Notes under the pieces: generated by a model
Told to the model about the DNA's origin: nothing
Databases searched by the model: none
What the model saw: only the letters and a program-made list of their open reading frames with translations
Translations under genes and position numbers: made by a program
Shown here: positions 1 through 11,633 of the stretch, one piece after another
How positions within the stretch are numbered: position 1 is the stretch's first letter
Layout: the number at the start of each line of letters is the position of its first letter
Assembly: GCA_964016885.1 (NCBI GenBank)
Contig: OZ024743.1
Coordinates: 18,104,001-18,168,000 of the forward strand
Direction: 5' to 3'
DNA: 64,000 nt
Source: Eledone cirrhosa
Lineage: Eukaryota

Positions 1-667
1 AAACAACAGACGGGACAGACTATCTCCCTGGAAGATACCTCTCTTGATCTTCACGCTTCCCAAGGATTCTCCAGTTGATGTTAACTCTGTTTACCAGGAC
101 TTCATACTCCTGTCCAGCAACTGTCTGATGTTATCTGCCACCTTGAAGATCTCCAGGCTTTTGGTGATCCAAGAATGAGGCACCATGTCAAATGCCTTTT
201 TGTAGTATATCCATCCCATGTCTAGACCAGTGTGTCTCCTCTTGCAATTCCTCATTACCATCTTATCAATAAGTAACTGGTCCTTTGTACCACATGACTT
301 CTTTCGGCATCCTTTCTGTTCGTCCGGCAACAAGTTGTTTGTGTGGAGGTGATGGTAGATTTCCTCAGACATAATGCTTGTCAACAGTTTCCACATTACG
401 GACAGACATGTGATAGGTCTATAGTTGGTAACATCAATACCCTTGATTCGGTCTTTCAGTATCAGAACTGTGGTACCCTTTGTCAACCACTCTGGTACCT
501 CACCTGACATCAAGCAGTCATTGAACATGGTTGTCAGTTTCGGGTGGAAGGATGTTATGTTTTTAATCCAATACCCCTGCACACCATCTGGGCCTGGTGA
601 TTTCCAGTTGGTTAGTTTTTTGGCCTGCCCCTTAAGACTTTCAACTGTGATACTCAAATCAGTTTGT
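1..667 (-). mobile_element. R4/Dong-like non-LTR retrotransposon fragment A (RT N-terminal part), 5'-truncated at a (TAA)n run, continues off the window edge
   Basis: ORF 91..714(-) contains WKSPGPDGVQGYWIK, NYRPITCL, EQKGC, DQLLIDK and KKAFDMVPHSW, which are RT motifs typical of R4/Dong. The N-terminal residues of the ORF read through the neighbouring element's tail. Confidence 0.85.
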
Positions 668-685
668 TTATTATTATTAATATTA
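668..685. repeat. (TTA)n target/tail between elements A and B
   Basis: ttattattattaatatta seen directly. Confidence 0.8.
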
Positions 686-2089
686 CAGTTGCATTTATCT
701 TGCTTTATGTTCATCCTGGGATTTGCGATAACTAATCATTAGACCCATTAGGTATCATTCCTAGAGCGCCTCCAACCACTGGTATTGTTTTAGTTCTCAA
801 TTTCCATATTTTCCAATTTCTATCTCCAGGTCCTTATACTTGCTCAATTTTTCAAATGTTTTTATAGATACATTCTTGTCTATTGGAACAGACATATCAA
901 TTAGCAGACATACCCTCTTTTTATAGTCCTTCAATATTATATCAGGTCTATTTGCATCTTTTTTGGGGTCTGTTTGGATGCTAAAGTTCCACAAGATTGA
1001 GATGTGATCTTTTTCAAGTATGGGAGGTGGTTGATGCTCCCACCAATTCTTTTGATGGGGCAGGTCAACATGTTTACACATTATCCAATGTATGTATTGT
1101 GCAGCTCTGTCATGCCTGTTTAGGTATTCGGCTGGAGCTATAGGACTGCACATTGAAATTATATGGTCAAACGTCTCTGGTTGTTTTTTGCATACACGGC
1201 ATAATGGGCTGCATCCACTTATTATTATGTTGGCTTGGTAATTTTTTGTTGGCAGACACTGATCTTGTGCTGATAGTCCAGAGGATGCCAACCACTGATG
1301 GGTTAAAGTTTTGTCAACATCAGGATTGTTAGCTCGATCTGGGTATTTTCCATACAGAGGCTTTTCTTGCCATTTCTTAGCCAGTTTCTGTAGCAGTTCT
1401 TTATTTGCAGTTACTTTTACCTGCTTTGATTTTTCTGTGTTTTCCATTTCAGCAGGAAATGGGACTTCTGAAATGTGTAGTTCATTACTATATCTTTGTG
1501 CATCTTTTGTAATGGAATATGATCTTTTGATGTTTAGGTGTTTCAAAACGAGTTTGATCATCCAATCATGTGATTCCCTTAGATATGTAGATAATCCAAT
1601 TGTTGCAGTTTCCAACGCAATGTCTAACTGGATTAACCCACGTCCTCCTTCTTTCCTAGGGAGATATATTCTATCTATATCTGCCTTAGGGTGATGCATT
1701 CTGTGCATGGTTAAGAATTTTCGAATTTTTGTATCGAGCCTACGGATCTCTGTGCTTGACCAGTTGATGACATTGTAACTGTAGGTTACTACTGGTATGG
1801 CAAGCGTGTTTATGGCATCGATCCTATTCCTTGCGTTCAATTCCGTTCTTAAGATTGCTCTTACTCTGCGGTAACATTCCTTCCTTATCCTTTCCCTCAT
1901 TATGGAGTGCTTGATTCCGTCTCCTTCACAAACACCTAGATATTTGTAGGATTTTTTTTGATCAAGTTCTGTTATCACGTTCCCCCGATCAAAATTAATG
2001 TCTGAACTCTTCAGCAGCTTTCCTCTGGTGAACGTTGCTTTGGCGGATTTATCTAGCCGTGAAAGTTGCTTTGGCGCATTTATCTAGTC
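686..2089 (-). mobile_element. R4/Dong-like element B, 5'-truncated, with internal deletions; same family as C
   Basis: ORF 797..1978(-): YKYLG, EGGRGL, CRVC...H...C zinc knuckle, RHD, RPD...LID RLE motif. 3' end ATAAATGCAACTG(TAA)n. It lacks about 195 bp of the 3' region (junction at 714/715) and the KSETEGLII segment present in C. Confidence 0.9.
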
Positions 2090-2090
2090 T

Positions 2091-2130
2091 TAATATTATG
2101 ATTATTATTACTATTTATTATTATTATTAT
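2091..2130. repeat. Degenerate (TTA)n between elements B and C
   Basis: Seen directly. Confidence 0.8.
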
Positions 2131-5001
2131 TTGCATTTATCTTGCTTTATGTTTATACGAGTTATCACCAAGTCACAACCAGTGACCTCAAGAGACAACA
2201 AGGTCCGCCATGTTCAAGAAAGAACACACATATTCACACATGCATCCTTAGTGTTTAGACTTGTGATGTACTTATATTGACAGGATCTTCCTTAGTATAT
2301 GGGCAGTTCCCATTAGTACTATCTTTTTTATTTCTCCTATACGCGGGTTTCCTGGGATTTGCGATAAGTAGTCGTTAGACCCCTTAGGTATCATTCCCAG
2401 AGCGCCTACAACCACTGGTATTGTTTTAGTTCTCAATTTCCACATTTTTCCAATTTCTATCTCCAGGTCCTTATACTTGCTCAATTTTTCAAATGTTTTT
2501 ATAGATACATTCTTGTCTATTGGAACAGACATATCAATTAGCAGGCATACCCTCCTTTGAAAGTCCTTCAATATTATATCAGGTCTATTTGCATCTATTT
2601 TTCGGTCTGTTTGGATGCTAAAGTTCCACAAGATTGAGATGTGATCTTTTTCAAGTATGGGAGGTGGTTGATGCTCCCACCAATTCTTTTGATGGGGCAG
2701 GTCAAAATGCTTGCACATTATCCAATGTATGTATTGTGCAGCTCTGTCATGCCTGTTTAGGTATTCGGTTGGAGCTATAGGACTGCACATAGAAATTATA
2801 TGGTCAATGGTCTCTGGTTGTTTTTTGCATACACGGCATAATGGGCTGCACCCATTTTTTATTATGTTGGCTTGGTAATTTTTTGTTGGCAGACACTGAT
2901 CTTGTGCGGATATAATCAGTCCTTCAGTCTCCGATTTCAGTCCAGAGGATGCCAACCACTGATGGGTTAAAGTTTTGTCAACATCAGGATTGTTAGCTCG
3001 CTCTGGGTATTTTCCATACAGAGGCTTTTCTTGCCATTTCTTAGCCAGTTTCTGTAGCAGTTCTTTCTTTGCAGTTACTTTTACCTGCTTTGCTTTTTCT
3101 GTGTTTTCCATTTCAGCAGTAAATGGGACTTCTGAAATTTGTAGTCCATTACTGTATCTTTGTGCATCTTTTGTAATGGAATATGATCTTTTGGTGCTTT
3201 CGTGTTTCAAAACGAGTTTGATCATCCAATCATGTGATTCCCTTAGATATGTGGATAATCCAATTGTTGCAGTTTTCAACGCAATGTCTAACTGGATTAA
3301 CCCACGTCCTCCTTTTTCCTAGGGAGATATATTCTATCTATGTCTGCCTTAGGGTGATGCATTTTGTGCATGGTTAAGAATTTTCGGATTTTTGTATCGA
3401 GCCTACGGATCTCTGTGCTTGACCAGTTGATGACATTGTAACTGTAGGTTACTACTGGTATGGCAAGCGTGTTTATGGCATCGATCCTATTCCTTGCATT
3501 CAATTCCGTTCTTAAGATTGCTCTGACTCTGCGGTAACATTCCTTCCTTATCCTTTCCCTCATTGTCGAGTGCTTGATTCCGTCTCCTTCACAAACACCT
3601 AGATATTTGTAAGTTTGTTCTTGATCAAGCTCTCTTATCACGTTCCCCCGATCAAGATTAATGTCTGAACTCTTCAGCAGCTTTCCTCTGGTGAACGTTG
3701 CTTTGGCGCATTTATCCAGTCCAAACTCCATTTTAATGTCATCACTGAACTGCTTCACAGTGGATAATAGTCCTTGCAATTGTTCATCATTTTTTGCAAA
3801 TAGTTTCAGGTCATCCATGTAGAACAGGTGATTAATGGTTTTGTCATAGACTCTATATCCATGTTTTGTTTCATTGAGCATTTTACTTAATGGTATAAGT
3901 GCGATGCAGAATAAAAGCGGTGATAAAGCGTCACCCTGAAAAATTCCACAATTAATGTTAACTTCTCCAGCTTCCAGTGATTTTGTTTCACTATTCAAAA
4001 GGAGTGTCGTTCTCCATGTCCTCATACTGAATGACAAAAACCTCCTGATAACGGGGGATATTTTGAAAATCTCTAAACATTTTTCAATCCAACTGTGTGG
4101 CAAACTATCAAATGCTTTTTTATAATCTATTCAAGCAATCGATAGATTTTTGTGTCTATTATGACAATCTTCCAGTATCATTTTGTTAACCAAAAGCTGA
4201 TCCTTACAGCCATATGAGCCTCGTTTACACCCTTTCTGCTCAATGGGAAATAGGTCATTTGTTATCAGGTGGTCATATGTGTATTCAGTTAGGACTGATG
4301 TTAAAATTTTATACATTGTGGTCAAGCAGGTTATCGGTCTGTAATTTTTGGGATTGTTTGTCTCATCATTCTTCGGTAGCAGGAATGTAATGCCGTTAAC
4401 TAGCCATGATGGTATCTTTTCTGGCTCCTTAACTATTTCATTGTAAAGTTGGGCTAACAGCTCATGAGACTCTGTGAAAGCATTTATCCAAAAGTTTTGT
4501 ATTTTGTCTTTTCCTGGGGATTTCCATTTGCTGGTTTTTCTTAGAGCCAAGCGCAGCTGTTCAACTGTTATATTTTCCCATGTTTGTTCTTCAAGGTGAG
4601 CTGTTTCTTTCATTTGTCTGTCTATCCATGGGGCATGTATGTTATGAACTTTTTCTTCGGCCCAGATCTTTTCCCAGAATTCTTGCACTTCCTCCTTGGG
4701 TGGTATTGATTTAGCAGTTATTGTTGACTTACCAATTTTTCTGTACAAGTTTCTTTGGTTGTTTTTGAACATATTATTGTCCTTATAGAATCTAGATCGT
4801 TTTTCAAAGCGCCTTATACGAGCAGCTTTGGCCGACACTTTTTGCTTGATTGTTTCTATCAGCATGTCTATGTCACATGTTGATCTTATACTGTACTTTT
4901 TTTTCAATTTTCTAAGTTTAGTTTGTTTAACATGTTCATCTACTTTATAGTTTGTTAAAATTTCTATGTCAGATCGGAGAAGGTTTATTTGGCGATTGAT
5001 G
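2131..5001 (-). mobile_element. R4/Dong-like element C, 5'-truncated, RT plus restriction-like endonuclease
   Basis: ORFs 4131..4907, 3297..4103 and 2272..3279 are one disrupted ORF: NYRPITCL, GIFQGDALSPLLF, HLFYMDDLKL, CCHC, RHD, RPDI...LIDMS, KLSKY. The reading frame extends to about 5001 (INRQINLLRSDIEIL). A 3'UTR of about 140 bp is followed by (TAA)n. Confidence 0.93.
2272..5001 (-). pseudogene. Disrupted RT-RLE polyprotein of element C
   Basis: In-frame stop near 4131 and frameshift near 3300; YMDD catalytic motif intact. Confidence 0.88.
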
Positions 5002-5012
5002 TTATTATTATT
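4959..5012. repeat. Left copy of a ~54-bp direct repeat (probable target-site duplication of element D); right copy at 6093-6146
   Basis: aatttctatgtcagatcggagaaggtttatttggcgattgatgttattattatt occurs identically on both sides of element D. Confidence 0.85.
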
Positions 5013-5024
5013 GTTATTGTTATT

Positions 5025-6092
5025 CTTTGAATCTCAGTCATTGATGTTGGTTAACTGGAAAGTCCGTTGGATTGAATATCAAGCCACTACCTGCAGCCTC
5101 AGATATTCAGGACGTATCGGAGGGTTCTTGCCGTTCCAAGCAAGCATGCCTTTTGAAGCGTTCCAAAAAGCGTGAAGGGGCCGATTTTCTTTAACCATCC
5201 CTGGAAACCTTTGGAGATAGTCCCCAGTGCGCCTATGACAATCGGGATCACTTTGACTTCATGGCAGTTCCAAATCCTTTTCACCTCCCACTTTAGGTCC
5301 TGGTATCGGTTAATTTTCTCCCTCTCCTTATCTTGCACTCTCGTGTCGAACGGGCAGGCCACATCCACAATCAGGCACGATCTTTTTTCTTTGTCCACAA
5401 CCACCAGGTCAGGTCTATTGTGTTCCAGTTTTTTGTCCGTCTGTATCCTAAAATCCCACAGCACCTTCACCTGACTGTTCTCCATCACCGCCTCTGGCCT
5501 ATGCTCATACCATTTCTCAGAATGTGGTAGATTGTTTACTTTGCACAGGTGCCAGTGGATCACCCTGCCCATCACATCGTGTCTCCAGCCCTTATAGTGG
5601 GTCTGGGCTAGGTGTTTACACTCGGACACAATGTGAGCCACAGTCTCCTCTCTCTCTCCACAGATCCTGCACAGTGGGCTAGCCTCCTCCTTGTAGATAT
5701 GGTGCTTCAACCACTTCGTTTTGAGGGCCTGCTCCTGCGCAGCCATTAGCATTCCTTCTGTAGCCTTTTTGAGGTCTCCTCTTCTCAACCAGTTCCATGT
5801 CTGTGGATCTCTAAATTCAGTTTTCTCAAAGAAGGTACTATGAAGGGATTTTCCCTTAAGGCTGCTCTTCCTCCTTGATGTTATTTCCTCCTTGGGTATC
5901 CCCTGGCCTACTGTCCCCTCCTTCAGTACAGCTCTGAGCATTGGCTCCTTACTATAGGTCACGTATTTGTATAGGTTGTTTTTCTCCATCTGAACACAGT
6001 CCTCTATGCTGATAAGACCTCTTCCACCCTCAGATCTCCTTAGGTAGAGTCTATCGACGTCACTCCTCTTGTGGAACATGTTGTAGATAGTC
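5025..6092 (-). mobile_element. R4/Dong-like element D (second family), 5'-truncated; open C-terminal ORF 5099..6092 encodes zinc knuckle plus RLE
   Basis: DRLYLRRSEGGRGL, CRICGEREETVAHIVSEC, RHD, RPDLVV...IVDVACP, KINRY. The 3'UTR differs from B/C and the tail is (TAA/CAA)n. Confidence 0.9.
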
Positions 6093-6133
6093 AATTTCTA
6101 TGTCAGATCGGAGAAGGTTTATTTGGCGATTGA

Positions 6134-6135
<2 letters not shown>

Positions 6136-6206
<71 letters not shown>
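6136..6206. repeat. Pure (TTA)n microsatellite, about 23 units
   Basis: Seen directly; lies between the 5' ends of Dong D and Tx1 copy 1. Confidence 0.97.
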
Positions 6207-6414
6207 GGCGACCTACGTAGTAAATCGTATCATCGTGAGCTCCGCAAAGTTTTGTTATTTCCGTTTGTTAAAAATTGCCATTTATGGAAAATTTTTATTG
6301 TTAACCATATATAAGCGCACATACATTGTTTTCCGAAAAGGACACCCAAAAAGATTGGGGCCTTGTGTCCAAAATTTAAACTTTTATTCTTAACAAAAAT
6401 CTATTTGAAAAAAA

Positions 6415-8400
6415 ATGGCTAATTCACCTCTGCACCAAGCAGCTGCAAGCCTTCCTCACAAATTAACACCTCACACCGACACCACCATTGTAAATGTTAC
6501 TACGTTTGCCAACACTACAAAAAATATAAGCAGTAGCAATATTTTAAATTTGTCTCAGGCAGACATTCAATTCCCGCCATTACCAATGACTGCAGGTGTT
6601 AAAGCCTCCACCACCACCAACACCACGACAACCACCACGCCCACCACCACCGCGACAACAGAAACAAAAGAACAAAAAAATAAATTAACTCGTGATGTCG
6701 AAATGAAATCAAGCAAAATGGACTCTTCCCCACCAAAGACGACTGACGTCGCCACCACCACAACTGAAACTAAAATTAATATTAACACAAATAACGATAG
6801 CAACAACAACAACAATGACATTATAAAAACCACCCTCAGTTTCGCCAGAGTAGCAAAACAGTTCGAAGCATTTACGGTAACTCAGGAGGATTTAGAAAAT
6901 GCCAAACAAATGGTAAAGAAAGATGGGTACAGGGTCAGCCCCCCCCTAATAAAATGGAGCATCGGAGCCTATGCACCGTGTCGTATCGAACAATAAATGT
7001 AAAATCGCGCCGAGTGGAACGGGCATCCGAGTCCCAAATCCAAAAAGCTTTGGGACATGTGTGGGCAAGAAAAACCCACATCAGACATGGGCAAAAGTAT
7101 GGAACCGTGGACGTGTTCTTTGAAACACCAGAGGAGGCTAGAGAACACTCCATGGCCCCATTAAGAAGTGACGACTTCACACTCGCCCCAAGCTATTGTG
7201 GCCAGAGACTCGTAAAGATCAGGGTGACCCACGTTCCACCGGCCATCGAAATTCCCTGGCTAATAGCGGCCGTCCTCGCCGGCATCGAAGCCAACACAAA
7301 AATAATAGCAATAGCAAAAGAAAAGCAGGAGAACTGGTCCGGATCTGGGATGGAGCTCCTGATCCAAGCGGACCAAAAAAGCATTGAGGAGTTCCCAGAG
7401 GTAATACACCTCACTGACGGCAGCCACCTCACGGTAATTGTCGAGGGCAGAAGACCTAGGTGTGTCGTTTGTGGTGAAGGAACCCACCTAAGGGCTTTCT
7501 GCCCTCAGGCTAGAAGGTTGAGGCCAGCTCTCCTACCCACTCCAGTGACACAACCATCAACACCACCAGTAGCTGAGATGGCAGCAACAACTGTAGCAGC
7601 AACAACAGAAGCAACTATAACAGCAACAACCCCAGCAACAGTAGCAAAACCAACACCACCACCACTACCAACAAAACCAACACCACAACCACCGAACACT
7701 TCAGAACTAGCAGCAGCGCCTACACCATCCACCACGCCACAACCAAAACTAACGCCTGTGGAGGATGTTCCACTCCCCGGCCTATCACAACTGGAGACAG
7801 ATTGTGACGACGAGGATTGGGAAACGATATCCGGAAAAAAAAAGAAACCAAAAAAGAAAAAATTCTCTTCCTACACCCTCCAAAAACAAAATACAGAGGG
7901 AAACAAATAAACTAAGAAACAAAAAAGTTAGGACAGATATGCCACCATCCACACCAGCATTACCAACCCCATCAACCCAAACCCCAACACCATCACCATC
8001 ATTAACCCCAACACCACCATCACCTACACCACAAAAGTCACCAAAATGCGAAACAGAAACAAACCCACAACAAACGCAAACAAAACAAAACAACCAAAAC
8101 GATACACACTACACAGCACTAAATTTGAACAAAAAGCAATTATTACACTACATCCAACACAACACCAGCATCACAGAAAAAGACTACACGACAACCCTAA
8201 AATTCACACCACCTCCACACATACAAATCACTCGCATCACACAGAAAACGTACATGTCACTAAAAAAAAAATTCCCAAAAGACATCGGAGACTTCCGACA
8301 AGCACTCTCCAGGAGGATTTATAAGGACATCCTTCCTGAGGAGGCCACAAGCAGTGAAAAGGATGGAAAAACCGTCCTTCCCCTACGAGAAGTAAGGTAA
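6415..8400 (+). pseudogene. Tx1 ORF1 (gag-like, Thr/Asn/Pro-rich, CX2CX4HX4C knuckle), two frameshifts
   Basis: ORFs 6415..6996, 6954..7910 (CVVCGEGTHLRAFC) and 7765..8400 are collinear with the other copies. Confidence 0.85.
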
Positions 8401-8434
8401 GTGGTCTTTCCCATCTTTTCCACTCCTTTTCAAC

Positions 8435-11400
8435 ATGACCTCACTCAGAATAGGCAGCATAAATGCGCGTGGCTTTGGGTCGTCATAGAAGCAGGGCCAC
8501 CAGCTCAACGACCCCAGGTCACTAAACATAGATGTAGTTGCCATCAGCGAGACCAGAATCTCCGAGGCACAGTCTTTCGCACCGATCGTCGGCGGCTACT
8601 ATGTGTACGCATCTCCCAGCCGTCCTGGATCGGGGGGTGGAGTTGCTGTGCTTTTTCGGAGAGGTTTGGATCTTGCCATACGGGCCATCTTCCTGGACCC
8701 AGAAGGTAAGTTGGTGGTGCTGGACGTGACCAGCGGAGACGGCCAAGCTTTCAGGTTAGTGGCCGTCTATGCCCCGAAAGGAGCAGGGCGGCCTGATTTC
8801 TTCCGGCGTCTGGAGACCTTTCTTGGAACGTCGCTCTTTAGTGTTAGTGGGCGACTGGAACGGGATCTTAGATGCACGCTGGGATTGTGTGGGATTACTG
8901 GATAGGGAAGGAGGGTGCAAGAGTCTCACCAACCTGCTCAGACGTTTTGAACTGTCTGACAGGTACCGAATGGATTTCCCGAATGTACCAATGTGGACGT
9001 GGACAAATCGCATAGGGTCATCCAGATCATATCTAGATAGAGTATTTTGTAGGGAAATAGATAGGTCTAGCATAGGCTGTCCACAATTCAACATAGTCAG
9101 CTACACGGACCACAAATTCGTGATCTGTGTTCTTGACTTATATAGGCTTCATAGACGAGGACCCGGCTACTGGAAGATAAACGCGTCCTTACCAGCGCGC
9201 AAGGCCTACATAGACCGGATTAGCGAACTAGTTAAGAGGGCGTTGACGGGGGCCATCGTCAACAACAAGTGGTCGTTTGCTCTGAAAAGAGCAATTAGAA
9301 TAGAGTCCATTAGGTTTAGTAAGACTTTAGCAATAGAGAAAAATAGAGCAGAGGGAGAATTAGTTAGAAAATTAGATGAGGCGCTTAGCAAAGGCATCGC
9401 GACCTACGTACTTGCGGCGAAATTGGCCCTTGACCAATTCTTCAATGCAAAGCACGAAGGCTGCGTTGTCAGAGCTAGGATGCGTGCTCTCAGACACGAG
9501 GGGACGAAAGCCGTTCAATGGGCCCGAGTGGCGGAGGCGCGTCGTGGCAACAAATCCACGATCCGGTCTTTGGTGGACCACGACGGGCGCATGCTACTCG
9601 ATCCCGGGCAAATGTGTGAAGCTTTTCAGCGACACTTCGCTCAACTGTTCGGGGGCAGTGGCGGGCCGGATCGAGGGATGGACTTTAGTGTCTACCTCGA
9701 CGGACTGCCGCCGCTTTCGGCCACTGAGGCGGAGTGTTGCGAAAAGCCGATAACAACCGCTGAAGTACGGGATACAATGACTAATTGCACAAGGGGTAAA
9801 TCGCCTGGTTTGGATGGTCTGCCCTATGAACTTTACGTACAAATGCCAAACTTGTTCGGAGGCCTCTTGGCGGACGTCTACTGCAACTGGCAACAGAACG
9901 GGAGAATTCCCAGCTCTGTGAGCCGAGGAACGGTGACGCTGCTGAGAAAGGATCCGAACAAGTGGGATAACATAGATAATTTTATGCCCATCACTCTGCT
10001 AAACACAGAGTTCAAGATTTTGGCCAAGGTGCTAGCAAAGAGGTTGGCGCTTGGCGTTGATGGTCTGGTGGGAGAGGCACATACATGCGCCATTCCCGAC
10101 AGATCCATCCACGACAACCTCCACCTCATGCGATACGTCGTAGAGAGGGTAGCTAGGGAACCTGGCACGGGTGGGTCTTTGATCAATTTAGATCAGTCGA
10201 AAGCCTTCGATAGGGTCGACCATCGTTACATAGCGACAGACCTGAGGGCGGCTGGCTTTGGGCCCGTCTTCAGAGGCTGGATCGCTGCCATGCACAGCGA
10301 CATCTGCTCTGTAGTGAGAGTGAACGATCACCTTTCGGAACCGTTCAACATGATGCGCTCAGTCCGCCAAGGATGTCCCCTCTCGTCCCTATTGTACGTA
10401 TTGACTCTCGAGCCATTACTGCACAAACTGGAGACGTTGAGGGGGGTCCCGCGCGAACTAGGATGCGGAAGATCCGTGTCAGCGTATGCCGACGATGTCA
10501 CCGTAGTGGTGTCGAACGCCAAACACATCGAGGCGATCGGCACTACACTAAGAGAATACGAAGCGGTGACAGGAGCAATGATCAACCAGGAAGAGTCAGT
10601 GGGCCTGCAGCTCGTCATCTACTACCGCCTGACCGTCGTACCTTGTCCTAAGCCCCGCCTGACTGCGCTGGAGCGTTTGCTCTTTCGCTTCTTGTGGAAG
10701 GGACGCGCTCCGATGGTCAGGCGGTCCATCTGCTGTCAACACCCGCTACGTGGAGGGCTGGGCATACCGTGGCTGATGATGCGCAGACACGCGCTCAGGC
10801 TACGACATCTCCACCTCTTCCTCGACGGTGATCAGGTGTGGTCGCCGTTTGCAAGACACGTTTTTCCCCAGCTCGTCTCATTGACGGAGCTGCAGTCCTG
10901 GGTCAAGCGAAGACCGAGAGGGAGCGCTTGGAGACTGGAATGTCTTCAGGCGCTCACAGCCCTCGACCAATCGGGCAATGTGATCGGTGGAAACTCCACC
11001 TTGGCGTTCTATAGGGGATTAGTGGAGGGGAAGAGCGACGACGTACTTGGAGAAACTCTAGGCGTCGACGAAAATCAACTAGCCAATCTCTTCGGAAGAA
11101 CTTTCGGGCCGGGGCCTATGGACAACTTCCAGAAATCCCTGGCCTGGCAGTGCTACCGAGGAGCTTTGCCAGTTCGGGATAAACTCTACAGGCATGGAGG
11201 TGCCGTCAGCCGGGCATGTCCGAGATGCGCGCAGGGCGACGAAACCGTCTTGCACGCACTCTTCCAGTGTCCGAGCATTGCTGACTTGTGGGTTTATGTC
11301 GAACACCCGCTGTCACGTGTAGGACGGATGCGACTATCAGCTGAGTCCATCGTGAGGATTGCCCCGCCCCCTTCCTTTAGCCTGGAAGAGCAGGCAGTTT

Positions 11401-11633
11401 TTATCTGTCTGGTGGCCATGGCGAAAGAGATAGTATGGTGGACACGTTTGAAAGGGCCGAAGACGAGCACTTACCTCTTCGGTGATGCCCTGATTAACTT
11501 TTTCAAATTTCATTTGAAAAGGAAAATCAGGGTAGAGAGGGAAGTGCTCTCTTCCCAGCATTTTGTTGAAAGATGGGTGAGAGAAGCAAGTATGGCCCGA
11601 ATGAATGGGCCTTCTCTGAATATGTGTCTGTAA
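8435..11633 (+). pseudogene. Tx1 ORF2: AP endonuclease, reverse transcriptase and zinc finger; disrupted near the N-terminus, ~220-bp internal deletion near 10613
   Basis: ATG at 8435 (MTSLRIGSINARG), GDWN, YLDR, TDH, GYWK.N, KSPGLDGL, LDQSKAFDRVDH, RQGCPLS, AYADD, CPRC...HALFQC. Confidence 0.92.

Noticed and set aside
6207-6300. HDV-like ribozyme at the Tx1 5' end (starts with GG)
   Set aside because: I could not find P1/P3/P1.1 pairings consistent with the double pseudoknot.
7820-7930. Programmed frameshift in Tx1 ORF1 after the W(E/Q)T(V/I) motif; all four copies change frame nearby
   Set aside because: The indels sit at different positions and shift in different directions (+1 in copies 1, 2 and 4; -1 in copy 3). 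This fits A-run slippage or sequencing error, and a continuous consensus frame can be assembled.
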